Part shown: positions 1 through 12,000 of the stretch, piece by piece
Numbering within the stretch: position 1 is the stretch's first letter
Layout of the letters: each line of letters opens with the position of its first letter
Source: a virus
IMG/VR virus record: IMGVR_UViG_3300025141_012093
Location: 4,421 to 68,420 of that record
Length of the DNA stretch: 64,000 bases
Reading direction: 5' to 3' (one strand)
The notes under the pieces: model-generated
What the model was told of the DNA's origin: nothing
Databases searched by the model: none
The model's input: only the letters and a program-made list of their open reading frames with translations
Translations under genes and position numbers: made by a program

Positions 1-2110
1 ACTCAAATTTATCGTAATTTCTTTGGCCTAGTTGTGGTTTGAGTGGGAATAAAACTTCTGATTCAAAAGTCCAAGCTAGCCCATTGGCTTCTTTAACTCC
101 AGTTCCAGATCCACTAATAAAGGAAACAGAGTCGGCGTCGTTTGAAGCGGACATCTGAAATATAACACCGCTGCGGTTTTCGACTCGGCCAAAGTCAGCG
201 AGGCGAGAATATTGGTTAGTTGTTAAAACATTGTCTCTAATGTCGTATGTAATATTATCAGCGTAAGTGTTAATGCTGATAATATCTTCATTAATTCCAA
301 GACAATGTAGTAAGTTTCTGAAAGCTGTCGATGTACCTTTGAGCCTGTTGATCTCGTTTAGGTTATTGTATATGTTACTGTACAATAAGTTTTTGATATC
401 ACTTACTTTTTTAGCATAAGTGATGTCTTCGTTTTTCTCACCGATTTGTTCAATCATCGTAGCAGCAGTAAAAAGTTCATCATATTTGAAGCCATAATTA
501 CGCAGCAAACGGCTCGCAAAAGGAAGCGGTTTGTTGCTTCCACTGTTATAACTCTTGTCTTTTATTTTAGGCAAATATTCAATGTAAGAAGTCAACTCAT
601 CAAAGTAAGAAGACAATATATGTGTCAAGTCCGATAATAGAGGATTTCCGGTAACTTCTTCGTCTTCAAAGATCCAAGAAGGAATCATATTATTCAAGCG
701 AGCCGTGTTATTGGCGTCGTGAACACTTCCAGATTTTTCATAAGATTCTTTAGCTGCAATAACCAGCGGATTTGTGGCATATATGATTGGGTCCTTAGTC
801 TCTCGATATCCTGCTGAAACAATTGCAGATCCGGTATTACGAGAATCCGACGAATAACCAACCCAAGTACCGTTAGACATTCGGCCTGAATAGTCTAGAA
901 CTTTTTTATCGCTGTTAGTTGCACCGACAATACCTTCATTAAACTTGAAATAAACACCTAGATCAGTATTGGCTGTATCCGTGTTAGTACCGCCGTTAAC
1001 TTGCGAAAACCAATTAAGGCCAATTTGTTTTGGGTTTCTTTTTGTTTTCCAATAACGAAACTCATCAACAGAACCCGAAAGCTTTCCCCATCCAGCCCAA
1101 GTAGGCGTACCTGGGAAACTGTGAGTTCCTGAAACTTCTGTAACCAAACCGCCGACATTGGCTTTCATCGAACCAGTGACAGTTCCAAGCGAAGAGCCAG
1201 TCGTAAGTGTCTGAAGTAATTCACCATTTTTGTACAGTTCAACATCGACATTCGAGCCGTTATTTTTGAAAGTAAAAGCCCAGTGAGCCCAATCTCCCGT
1301 GTTGACAGTCAAGGCTGTTAGCGTGTTACCAATTGGCGCTCGTTGAAATCCGCTGGTTCCAGACAATGCCGTAACCAAGAAAGGATTATTCGTTCCTGCT
1401 GCGCCGGTCATTTCAATTCTTAAGCGTCCATAATCAGCCCTTTGTGCGCCCGCTACCGAGGAAGTGGCCTGGTTCCACATATCAAAAATAACTTCTTTGT
1501 CAGAACCGGAAAGAAAAGGTTTATTGAGCCAAAATTCTACCGTCACACCGTCGTTTGATAAGTCAAATTTTAAGTTGTTGTTTCTGTTTTGAGTGACGTT
1601 GTAGACATTGGCATTGCCGCCTTCGCTCGGAAAGATTTTATCGAGGGCTGTATTGTTGCGATCTTTGTGTGGCCCACCATAAAAATTAATATATTCTTTA
1701 GTGCTCGGATTTCCGTATCCATCAGTTGATACTTGGGTGGTAGCAATGCTTGATGGTGAAAACATACCATAGCCTGTGGTGCGGGGGTATATGTTTTCAA
1801 ATACCCAGTTCTCTAAATTAGATGCACTGTTGTGCCACTGAATCTTTTCGAAAGATGATCCATCATACGGGTATTCATCATAAATATATTCAAAACTATC
1901 CGTGTAATATTTTTTTGCTGATCCAAATTTTGCAAAAGCGGAAGGATCATAATAGTCTACGGGAGGCCTTACTGTCTCCTGCTCTTGAATAAAAGCCGAA
2001 ACTTGCTTTTGCGATTCAATTTCAGACGCAGATATGAATGTAGAAAAACTAGCATTAGCTAGTTTCTGCACTTTTTTGCCTGGTTTGTTAAATAAATCGC
2101 TAATGGACAT
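1..2110 (-). CDS. Large virion/baseplate-associated protein with LamG/concanavalin-like domain; 3' end runs off the window
   Basis: Not in the ORF track. ATG at 2110 (MSISDLFNK...), open to the left edge by manual translation. LamG-like motifs VTVEFW, WAHWAFTF, LYKNG, GSVDEFRYW, YFKFNEG; later LKGTSTAFRNLL motif typical of baseplate wedge proteins. Confidence 0.7.
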   Translation of the reverse strand, partial: MSISDLFNKPGKKVQKLANASFSTFISASEIESQKQVSAFIQEQETVRPPVDYYDPSAFAKFGSAKKYYTDSFEYIYDEYPYDGSSFEKIQWHNSASNLENWVFENIYPRTTGYGMFSPSSIATTQVSTDGYGNPSTKEYINFYGGPHKDRNNTALDKIFPSEGGNANVYNVTQNRNNNLKFDLSNDGVTVEFWLNKPFLSGSDKEVIFDMWNQATSSVAGAQRADYGRLRIEMTGAAGTNNPFLVTALSGTSGFQRAPIGNTLTALTVNTGDWAHWAFTFKNNGSNVDVELYKNGELLQTLTTGSSLGTVTGSMKANVGGLVTEVSGTHSFPGTPTWAGWGKLSGSVDEFRYWKTKRNPKQIGLNWFSQVNGGTNTDTANTDLGVYFKFNEGIVGATNSDKKVLDYSGRMSNGTWVGYSSDSRNTGSAIVSAGYRETKDPIIYATNPLVIAAKESYEKSGSVHDANNTARLNNMIPSWIFEDEEVTGNPLLSDLTHILSSYFDELTSYIEYLPKIKDKSYNSGSNKPLPFASRLLRNYGFKYDELFTAATMIEQIGEKNEDITYAKKVSDIKNLLYSNIYNNLNEINRLKGTSTAFRNLLHCLGINEDIISINTYADNITYDIRDNVLTTNQYSRLADFGRVENRSGVIFQMSASNDADSVSFISGSGTGVKEANGLAWTFESEVLFPLKPQLGQRNYDKFE

Positions 2111-2112
2111 GA

Positions 2113-3708
2113 TTATTTCTCTATTCTAAACTTAAACAACTCGGGTTGTTCAACATATTCGCCGCCAATATTGTAAGCCAAGGTAATTCCATACATTGCA
2201 TCGGCTTTCAGAAGGGACAGGTCAAGCTCAAAATAATTTCCAGACACATCATAAGACAATCGCGTAAAATCTAAATTTGAACTTCCTGTTCCATATTGAA
2301 CTGCTTCAGTATGGTCTGAAACTCTGAATACTCGATAATAAGCGTCTTCAATGATTTTTGTTTCAATATTCTCTGTAGCTTTTAGGTATACGTTAGGGGA
2401 CCAGTTCTGATCTCGGACAAAGACCCTAAACTCAGGAACTTCGTTAGTATTGTAGGCGCTTTTTAGATTTGTAATTTTAGAAACATACTTTGGAGTTGAG
2501 ACTATGGACGATGCGTATCGCGTAATAGGTCCGATAGCACCTGTGGCATATTGAATGTTAGAGGCTGCGCCTCCTGACCAGACATCAAAAATCTTGCTCA
2601 GTTTACCTGTTGCGGAGGCTGTCATACACACCGAAGCGCTGTAGATTCCTGTTGACACTAGTCCGCCTGTTACGTAAAACTTTTCTTCTTTCATCATTGA
2701 GCCGGTAGTAATAAGCAAATTTGTTCCACCAGGAGCGGAATTATCTGCTGAGCCTGAGAACATTTGCACATATATAAGGTTGTTGGTCAGGCCAGGAATG
2801 TTTTTAAGTTGCCCGTCGATGTAATTGTATAGATAAACCGTATTAAGATTATCTGCCGTATTTGCTAGAGAACTGCTGTAATAAAAATTACCTCTGTTGT
2901 CTTTTCGAGAAGAATCCCAGCGGGCTTCGATTACGGGTCTTTTAAAGAAATATTGAGTGCCACGGGCAAACATCTTCTTAGTATAATAAGATCTTTGAGC
3001 GCCGCTTTGATTGTTGATTTCGCCCGTATCATAATTGTCGGTGTTTTTAGAAGCAGAAAAATATGCTTCAAAGTTTGCCGCTAGACGGATACCTAAACCA
3101 TAGTTTTGTTTGGTTCCTGCAACCCATTCTTCAACCATTGAAGTAATGTCTACTTCAAAGTTTTCAGTTCCATTTGGCTGAATAACTGTGTAGGTTGGAA
3201 ACGTTACTCCAGGGTTATACGACCCAGACCAATAAGAGCCGCCAACTTCGCCCCAGCCTCTTCCGGCGCTTCGGGTTAGCCAGTTAGAAGATCCTAAATT
3301 GGTGTACTCTTCCATATCGAGGCCAGTACCTTCGGTCCAAGATTGTGAAACAGCCTGAATAAGGTAGCTCGCGTCCAGCGGTAACGTTTGGCCGTGGCGG
3401 GCATTAAAAACTTTAAGGTAAAAGTTGACACTTCCGCTGGCCGGTAATGTTCCTTGAGTACGATCATATTTTATTTGCCCCGTGGAAGAACCACTGACTG
3501 GGAATTCGTACAAAACACGCGATAATTCTTGTGTGTTCTTGCCTGCGTTTGGGCCGGTTCCTTGAACGACGGCTTGACCATAAATAGAGAAAACCTCTGC
3601 CACATCGGAATATCCCATATTAGAGCCAGTTCCTCTGGTGATAAGGTTTTGCTTAAACGCATTTGTTATCGTATTATCTTTTGTTGCTGTGTATCTTTTA
3701 ATGCCCAT
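2113..3708 (-). CDS. Virion structural protein, DNRLRE-like N-terminal domain
   Basis: 531 aa; KDNTI...SRVLYEF, SWTEGTG, DITSMVEEW, NYGLGI pattern; coupled to gp6-like gene. Confidence 0.55.
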   Translation of the reverse strand: MGIKRYTATKDNTITNAFKQNLITRGTGSNMGYSDVAEVFSIYGQAVVQGTGPNAGKNTQELSRVLYEFPVSGSSTGQIKYDRTQGTLPASGSVNFYLKVFNARHGQTLPLDASYLIQAVSQSWTEGTGLDMEEYTNLGSSNWLTRSAGRGWGEVGGSYWSGSYNPGVTFPTYTVIQPNGTENFEVDITSMVEEWVAGTKQNYGLGIRLAANFEAYFSASKNTDNYDTGEINNQSGAQRSYYTKKMFARGTQYFFKRPVIEARWDSSRKDNRGNFYYSSSLANTADNLNTVYLYNYIDGQLKNIPGLTNNLIYVQMFSGSADNSAPGGTNLLITTGSMMKEEKFYVTGGLVSTGIYSASVCMTASATGKLSKIFDVWSGGAASNIQYATGAIGPITRYASSIVSTPKYVSKITNLKSAYNTNEVPEFRVFVRDQNWSPNVYLKATENIETKIIEDAYYRVFRVSDHTEAVQYGTGSSNLDFTRLSYDVSGNYFELDLSLLKADAMYGITLAYNIGGEYVEQPELFKFRIEK

Positions 3709-5516
3709 TATACAATTGTACCTACAATGTCTGTGTCAAAATATTTTAATTCTAATATTACGTCTTCTGGAACGTATAGTGTTCTTCCATCCATAGACAT
3801 ATTTTCTTTGAAGTTTATGGTTGCGGAGCTATAGTTGGTGCTAAATTTTTGCGTAAGCTCAAGGTCTATTGTGTCTAAAACACCAGGAATCCTGTTGATA
3901 ACTTGATACAAACTAGTCCAATTGAATGGTTCTCCGATTCCCAAGTTAGCTATTTGAAGATAACTTCTGAGGGAGTCTCTAACTGATGACAAGATGGCAG
4001 CAGGAGAAACTCCTGATGTGGTTGTAACTTTATATTGTAAACCAAAATTAACGATTCTTGCATCGCGGATATCAATTGTATCGCTAAGCATCTTATGTCT
4101 TTCAAGCCACGTTTTTAAATTTTCTTTGACCACTACATTCGTGTTTAGCAAGGCTGATTGTGTCACGTTGTCCAGTTTAGAAACAACATACATATTCATA
4201 TTTCGACGTGTAGAATCAGGGTCTTGCACGATGCAGCACCTATAAATAGATCCAAGGCCAGGGGGCATTCTGTATGCTATTGATTCATAATCTTGTTTTG
4301 TAACTGCTCTATTCTGAGCAGAAAAGGCTCCCATTGCCCTGGATTTAAGATCTTCGACTGACAAGCCCGAACTGTCACCTATGATAGGATCTTCATTTAA
4401 AACGCTTAGGCTTTGTCTAACTTGTATTTTTGAACCTTGCAAGGTGCTGGCTGTTTCGCTTGGAAACTCCATCACCGATGCTCCAACATTAACAATAGTG
4501 CGAGCGAAAGCGTTAGAATTGTTAGGAGAATTGGTTCGATATCTAATATTTAAAGTTGTGTTTGATGGGGAAATTCCTAATTTGTCGTTTTCGTTAAGAC
4601 GAGACGGATCAAAATTAGAAGTTGTAATGTAGTTCTTTCCACTTACTTTCAAAACGACATTACTTGGATCTGGAACTGGGACGTTCTTTAGGCTAGAATC
4701 GGACCCGGCTCCAAACTGAAGGTAAGTAATACCTTCAAACCTTTCACAAGTGTATCTGCGCGGTACTGATAAAGGCTTTAGAACATAAATTGGAGCATTG
4801 GTTGAGGCATCCCTTCTATTTCTAATTCTTCTAAAGATAGTATCTTGAGATAAATTTTCAACTTCATAGTATCGATGACCTTCATTGTCTGACACGCTTA
4901 GCACCTCCGTAACATTTCTATTACTCAAGGTTATTGTAAGGTTTGGTTGATATTCTCCCACAACTATCTCTTCGTTGTCAATGTCGCCAGAAATAACAAT
5001 TCCATAAGCTTTAATAGCGTACTCCAAGACCACATTGTCCGTAGCAGTAGCTACAACAATTTCATTTTCAGGGTCGCTAAAATCTACGTCAATTGCTAGA
5101 GTAAAATTGACACCTTGCTGTGAGCTAAAAGTAGTTCCTGCTTTTAATATAGGAACTAAAGACGTGTCTGGGCCGGTGCCATTAGTGAGGCGAGGGACCT
5201 TGACAAATAACGCTACAGGGCCTGAAGATGCTCCTCGGCCTTTTTGTTTGAAACCCATTTGTCTCGCTAACCGAGTAACATTAGAGTATTCTATAGCTGA
5301 ATCTATGAACGTCTCGTTAACTTGATAATCTAAGTAAAAAGATAAATTGTCTCCGATGTAAGAGACCGCATCAATCATTAAGGCTCCAAAAGATGCCTCA
5401 TTGAAGTCCTTGAACGTATCAGGGAAATATCTTTTAGCGTGATCGACTAGACCTTGCTTGATAGTTTCAAAATCCCTGTTAAGATAGTTAACGGGTACGA
5501 TACGTTTTATTGCCAT
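3708..5516 (-). CDS. Baseplate wedge subunit (T4 gp6-like / baseplate J family)
   Basis: DFETIK...F.DFNEASFG...LSFY; AQNRAVTKQDYE hallmark motif. Confidence 0.9.
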   Translation of the reverse strand: MAIKRIVPVNYLNRDFETIKQGLVDHAKRYFPDTFKDFNEASFGALMIDAVSYIGDNLSFYLDYQVNETFIDSAIEYSNVTRLARQMGFKQKGRGASSGPVALFVKVPRLTNGTGPDTSLVPILKAGTTFSSQQGVNFTLAIDVDFSDPENEIVVATATDNVVLEYAIKAYGIVISGDIDNEEIVVGEYQPNLTITLSNRNVTEVLSVSDNEGHRYYEVENLSQDTIFRRIRNRRDASTNAPIYVLKPLSVPRRYTCERFEGITYLQFGAGSDSSLKNVPVPDPSNVVLKVSGKNYITTSNFDPSRLNENDKLGISPSNTTLNIRYRTNSPNNSNAFARTIVNVGASVMEFPSETASTLQGSKIQVRQSLSVLNEDPIIGDSSGLSVEDLKSRAMGAFSAQNRAVTKQDYESIAYRMPPGLGSIYRCCIVQDPDSTRRNMNMYVVSKLDNVTQSALLNTNVVVKENLKTWLERHKMLSDTIDIRDARIVNFGLQYKVTTTSGVSPAAILSSVRDSLRSYLQIANLGIGEPFNWTSLYQVINRIPGVLDTIDLELTQKFSTNYSSATINFKENMSMDGRTLYVPEDVILELKYFDTDIVGTIV

Positions 5517-5536
5517 GAAAGTAACCTCTTACCAAG

Positions 5537-5546
5537 ATAAATAGTT
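5537..5546 (-). promoter_or_regulatory. Candidate late-promoter motif AACTATTTAT upstream of gp6-like gene
   Basis: Same or similar motif ~20-25 nt before starts at 5965, 58331 and 60741, each followed by an SD-like sequence. Confidence 0.5.
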
Positions 5547-5563
5547 GAACATATTAATAATTG

Positions 5564-5965
5564 CTATAATTGAACGCTAGATACATTAAGTCTTAAAGAA
5601 TCGTTTATTCGAACCTTTGGAATGCTATAATCTATTATAATCGACACAGCATTAAAGTTTTGATTTTGTGATTTAGAATCAGAAGCGTTGAAGATTCTAA
5701 CGTTTGCGATTTTGACATAGGGCAGATATTTTTTGACTTGAGATATTATTCTTTCTTTGATCATCCCAAGGACGCCAGGAGATTGTTGCTCAAACAACAT
5801 TTGTCGTATTCCGGCTCCAAAGTCTGGTATCATAACCCGTTCGCCTGGGTTTGTTAAGACAATCATTCGCAAGTTTTGTTTTCCCACTTCTTGTATTGTT
5901 TGAGTCAGTGCAAATCCGTTTAAACTATCTAATGCCAACGGCACACGCGGTGAATATCCGGCCAT
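5564..5965 (-). CDS. Baseplate wedge/sheath initiator, GPW/gp25 family
   Basis: NLRMIVLTNPGERVMIPDFG...LFE; YLPYVKI; SD AGGAGG upstream. Confidence 0.93.
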   Translation of the reverse strand: MAGYSPRVPLALDSLNGFALTQTIQEVGKQNLRMIVLTNPGERVMIPDFGAGIRQMLFEQQSPGVLGMIKERIISQVKKYLPYVKIANVRIFNASDSKSQNQNFNAVSIIIDYSIPKVRINDSLRLNVSSVQL

Positions 5966-5984
5966 CTTTATCTCCTCCTGTGTA

Positions 5985-5994
5985 ATAAATAATC
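5985..5994 (-). promoter_or_regulatory. Candidate late-promoter motif GATTATTTAT upstream of gp25
   Basis: Variant of the recurring TATTTA motif, followed by AGGAGGA. Confidence 0.4.
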
Positions 5995-6007
5995 GCTAGT
6001 GAGTTTT

Positions 6008-9000
6008 TTAATCGTTATTTATTGTCTCTGAATCTGGTCCTTCATCATAATCCTTCTCAGGAGGCGGTAACAGCACCGTAGGATTTGGGAACGGGGAAGG
6101 GCAACCAGCCTTTCGCTTCTTTTGTGACGCACCTGAAGAGGATGCCGCGCTTGGCCGGTACTGGATGAGATCATCAGAAATAAGGCCGCTCGCCAGATAA
6201 GGAATGGCCAATGGCGTCATTGGTGGTCCGGTTCCAGGCCCGAACATAAACGGAGGTGGGAACCCTACTCCATAGGGCATCATAGAAGGCAACATCATAA
6301 TCGATAGGACAGGAGCTATGGCTGGGGAGATACTTATGTTTGTATCTGGAATCTCGCTATCGTTTTCCGCAGCCCACTGTTCAAAGGTTGGCTTATCCAT
6401 TGCGCTCATACCTTCAGTTTCATCTTCATAACCAGCCTCCATCACTTCTAATCTTAATTCGTTAGTGAGCCTTAGAGCTATATTTATCCCGTCGTAAATC
6501 ATTTTAGTTTGTTGAATATTAGGATCTATCTTTTCAGTAAGTGCTTTCAATATAAGCATAGGAGTCTCTCTGATAAGCTTTAAGATCATCTCTCGGAATG
6601 GATTAAATTCATCAAAACCTTGATTTGCAGCATTCCCACCGCTTAGCTTTAACCAGGGATCTTCGTATGCCTTATCGTTACCTGCACTGTGTAAGTCATA
6701 AGACCTTTTTATGAGATATTTTGTTGTAGTGAATACATCTTTTGATGGCAACGTTGCCTTTGTAGCCATCATACTGTATAAGGTAGACAAAGAAGCAAAT
6801 CTGTTTATAGGAAATACATATTTCATTAAAGCAGAGAACTCGTCTTTTTTAATAAGTTGTTTATAAAGATCTTTACGGTAAATGGCAAAGATATTTTCAT
6901 TTCCAATTACAGTTTGTAGAAGGTTCGTCGCTTGGCCTGTTGTTTTCTGAAAAGATATTTCCGAGGCTGCGAGCGGGACTGTGTAAATAAACCGGCCGCC
7001 ATTATCTACCTGCTCATAGTTGCGATATGAGATGACGCCGCCGGATGGTCGGCCATTTTTTGTTGTGGCAATTTTTTCCATAGTTTGATCAATAATTTTA
7101 CGATACTCAGTCGCGGCGGCGCTATCATCTTCTGGGCCTATTGCATAATTTACTCTTATTCCAATAGAGATCTCACTAAACAACTCGTATAAATTACTAT
7201 CAAGCAATTCTTTGAGCTTGTAAAAAACTTCCATTTCGTGAACGCCTTGACCAAGAAAATCTCCTGCAAGGTTATGAAGACGGCTTATGAAAGCAGTCCA
7301 ATCTGCAACGGATACAAATCCTCTCAAATGTTCTTTCCGCGTGCCATCTTCATTGTAGAAAGTATCGTCGCTTGCATCGGGGCCGGTAAGATATGGCAAT
7401 ATGCCTTTTTCAACTACAAGTTTATCTAACAACGCACTCCCTTCTTCATCATAATGATCTACAACTTTTATAAACTGTTCAACAAAATAATCACCAGCAG
7501 GGTTAAGTATAAAATTGCCATCTTTATAGAATCGAGGGTTTGTGTTTATTTGTAAAACATTCAAAAAACGACTTGCCGAACCCAGCACCCTCAAACTACG
7601 GAGGAACTTCATTTCTGCTGAGTCTGCCTTGTTTTTTAGAAGAAGACTAAACTTGTCATTGACTGGTTTTATACTCTCTCTAAACAAGAACCTTAAGCAT
7701 TCCATTTTAGACGTAGCATCAATAGCCTCGCCGGTTTGCCTTCTTCTGTCTACAATATTTGCGGCCCTATCTTTAAAGCTTGCATATAGGTTCAAACTTA
7801 AAAGATCGTCTTTCAGTTTCTTAAACAAGAAGCTTTCCATAAGTTTGTTTTTCATGATAGATTGAGGACTGTATTGCGTGAAAGCGAAGAAGCCATTAAG
7901 GATGTTTTCAGCAATCGAAACCCTCATAAACATATACAACGATGCATCACAAGCGGCTTCTTGCACCGGCCCAAGGGCTCCAGGCAGGCCACTTGAATGA
8001 GCGCCCAAATTGCAGACATCGTTCAAGTCATAAACTAAGTCTTTGGCGTTTTGCCTAATGTCGGCTAAATTTATTAAACTAGCATCAATAAAGCCCATCA
8101 TCATAGAAGCTTCGCAGTCTTTCATTAAATCAGATGTTGTAGGTGTAAAGTTAACGCTTTTCAATGCTTTTACGTCGAAGTATTTGGATTGCGAAACAAC
8201 ATGGAGACTTTTCTCAAGGGCTCGCTCAGTCATTACATCGAACAATTTCGGACAAGCGGTGTTGATTAAATCTAATTGAGGTTGGGCTCCTGAATCTGTT
8301 TCATTCAAAATGCCTCCAAAATCGCTTTTAAATCGTGCGCCGATGTAGTGAGTGAAGAAGCTTTTTTGAGGAGAATTAGCGCCTGGTGCCTGATCAATAG
8401 ATTTTAAATATTGCAATGCTTGCATATATTTGGCCGCCTTGGTCGGAACCTTTCCATTATTAGTAAATGTAATTGGTGCGGACAGACGCAAAATCCCTCG
8501 TTGATCTTTAGAGAACGTTCTAAAATTTAAATAGAACGAATCCGAATTGGACTTGGTTCGCAGTGTCTGGTAAGACATTTTAGCATCTTTAATATCTGGT
8601 ATATTGAAAGTGTACAAATCATTGTTCCTTTCAATTGTTTCAAGTGATTGAAGTGACTCTCTTAATGCTGGTGCTACTGGAGGGGTTGCTTTCTCAGCAA
8701 GGTCATTGGTAAAATCTTTTTTTGCAGGAACTTGCACTTCTTTAACTGGTCTGCCATAATATTTCTTGAGTTCATCCTGTACGGCTTTGGGTTTTTCTGC
8801 GGCATCCATTTGGGCTTGACTAAAAGCCAGCGGCATCGGATCCGTCACCGGCTTAGTATAGTATTCTGCCTTGCTTCGAGCATTAAACTGCCAGTCTTTA
8901 TCTGGATCTTCGGGATCTTTAAAGTATTCGGGTTTTAGATGGGTGCTGTTTTTTGTTTGAATCTTATAGGCCGGTATTGTTCTCATAGCCTCTGTAAACG

Positions 9001-12000
9001 CACCGGCTTGTTTTGTAGATTGGGAAGAGGTATTTCCTGCATTTTGTCCTGCCTTCGCTAGTTTTGCCATTGCAGCAGGATCAATTTTTCCATCTGCGCT
9101 TACAAGACCTTCCTCGTCAATCGGAACTTGATAAGCTTTTGGATCCATCAACTGAGGGATAAACTGGCGGGACTCTGCATTAAACATCATTTCGATTGGG
9201 GTAAAAACAGCATCAAGAGTTTGGTCCAACATACGCTCGACACCTTTGTTATTTTTCATAGCCTCATTTAATTGTTTACAAGGAGGCTCTGTATTGTTGT
9301 TGATAGCGTTTTCAAGATTATCTTGCAAGTTTTGAAGCTGGGAGAGTAATCTGAAGTTGTCTCCGATTTCTTTGGCAATTTGTTTTTCAGCTTGGTCAGC
9401 AGTTAAGCCAGCACTCACAAGCCTTTGAATGCGGTTGGAGCGATTGATATCTGTGACACACTCTCCATAAAGAATGGATGTATTAGCAGGAAAGTTGTTT
9501 GCTGATTTTGTTTGTGCTCGGTTATCTTCACAAATCTCTGGGTCTACGATATCAGTCATAGCATTGAAGAGCATTGTCATATTTTCTTTCTTTGAAAAGA
9601 ATTTGAAGTAAGCTGGATAGAATGTTGCAATTCGAGCTTGAATATATTCCAGTACATCATCACGGTATAGATCTCCGATCAAGATGGAGCATTTTTGACC
9701 TACGGAAAGACCACTCATTATAGTCTTTAAAAACAATACAAAATCAAAATCGCCAGATATGTTGCCAGATAAATTTGGGTCCAGTAAGCTGCCGTACTTT
9801 TTGCCTAAGTTGTTTAATTTATTAATAGTATCAGCATCAAACAAATCCAACGGACTTATGCGCGTTCCGTCATCTGCTGGCTCTACACAGTTTTCTTTTA
9901 TGAGACGAAGACACTCTTTAACGGCATTTAAAATTGTCTCCTTGGCTATCTTCTCAAAACTGTTCTTCATCTGCTTAGAGAATTCAGATCCTGTTGAATC
10001 AGTTTTAAGTCGTGGCATTTCTGGAGTGGTGAAACCTTTGAAGTTTGGAGTAGTTAACGCCGTCTCAGCCAAAGCAAGGGCTGCATCAATTGTAGTTCTA
10101 ATAACTTTGGCTCTCAAAGGAAAACGTTCTTCCGTTTGATCTAACATGATGTCCAGAAGCTTGTCGAATACAACTGAACAAGGCATTCTTTTAAAAGCTT
10201 GCAAGAAAGCAGCAGCCGTATCTTTTGGTTCATCGTGAATAAACTCGATATTATCTGGCCAGTCGTCCCACTGTGTCAGTTGGGTTACAAGCTGGTCAAA
10301 ATTTTGAGGCACTGGATAGTAAGCAAATTCTTTTCCTTCGTCCGCGGGCGGGTTTGCCTCAGTGTTTTCTTTTGCGTAAAGCTCGCTTGTGGATGTTATT
10401 GTAGATGGTTTGCCTTCCTGTTCAGCTAAAGCATCTTTTTCTGCTGCTTTCTTAAGGGCTTTTTCTTTTTCTTTAACTGTTTTAGAAATACAGCCTCTCC
10501 ACTTTTCAAATGCATCTTTTTGATCTTTTGTGGCATTGGCTTCTCCAGGCCACGTAAGACCTGTTTGTATGCCTGGGGGCGTGTTGGGATCTCCTCCAAG
10601 CGACGTAACCAAATCTTTATAGAGTTTATCGCACTCTTCTGAGACATTGGAACTGTTGAGCAAATATGCATCCGTTCTGAGGATCTGTTCAGTTGTTGGG
10701 TCGCCGCCAGACAAGAAGGTTCTTTTCTCACCGTATACCTTCGATTTATTTTTGCCCATACAGGTTTGATATGCAAGTTGTCTTTTGCTTAATTTCTTTT
10801 TCAGGCGAGCGATCTTGCCCTTGTTTTTCTTCTTTTTAGCAATCTCATATTCAGTAGCTGCTCGAACAACTGCCACATATTTCCAATCACACTTGGATCT
10901 CTTTCCAGTATAAAAGCCGGGAGGTGGATATGTAACTGCCCCCAACACTGTCATAGGCGTTGGAAGGCTTAGTTCTTCTTGAATCTCTGATAATTCTTTT
11001 TCAAACTTTTTAGTGTTGAAATTCTTAAAGAATTCGGCTGCGGGAGCAAAATCTTCGTTTGTTACAAAGTCTTTTTTATTTGTCGGATTCGGTTGGCCTT
11101 CGTTCTTTTCGCTGTCTTTATTGGCAAAATACATTTCAGTTAATTTTTCCGTTCTGTCTCCGAATAATTTCCCACTCTTTTCAGCGGCACCAAAGAAAGC
11201 CCACGAAAATTTCTTATTATATTTAGCTGGTAGTTTTTTGCCTGCTGAATTTGTGGAGCCTTTGGGAATATCTTTCAGGAAGTCGCGGACGCCGCCTTCT
11301 TCGACACTGTGTATCAAATACATTTGCCAGATAAACACCTCGTTAAACAAGCCGCTTTTCTTATCGGCTGCGCCTTTCTGTAGGAGGATTTTGGATGCAT
11401 TCACAGATTTTTTTGCTTCTTCAGAAAGGGGCTTTAAAAATGCAGTAGGGACCCATCCTTGTTTGCCATTCAGATTTTTACCAAGTGTCTCGTCAGGCCA
11501 CAACTCTGTCGGATTGCTTGGATTTGAAGCGTAAGCAACCTTTACTTCTACCTTGGTCCAAGTACCATCTTCAAAATATTTGGTGTCATCACTCGGATTT
11601 TTTAATTTATTTACCTGAGAACCATCTCTCAGGCAGCCAATTAAATTTGGTTGCGTGGCTACAATTGTTCGGGCGTCTACAAATCCCTTAAGATCTTTGT
11701 ATTTGCCATCAGATATAATCTGGACTTCACTAAAATAACCGTCAGGGGAAATTGAGAGAACTTTAACTTTGTTTCCTTGAACGCTTTGTGCAAGCTGTTC
11801 AGAATTTACGCTTGCATTCTTGTACATTATAACTGTTATATAAGCTAGAGTGCCTTCGTTTGGCACTTTTGGTAAAATTATTTCGTAAACCGGCTCTCCT
11901 GCCGTTGGTGATTCGCTTAAAGGAAGATAAGGAGGGCTCCCACCAAGGGTTCCGTCAACTATGAAGTCCGCAACTATTTCGTCTCCCGAAACGTTAGTAT

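Noticed and set aside
3708-5965. Extracellular contractile injection system or T6SS instead of phage
   Set aside because: The gp55-like sigma, tRNAs, PhoH, many small phage-like ORFs and lack of T6SS/eCIS accessory genes favour a phage.
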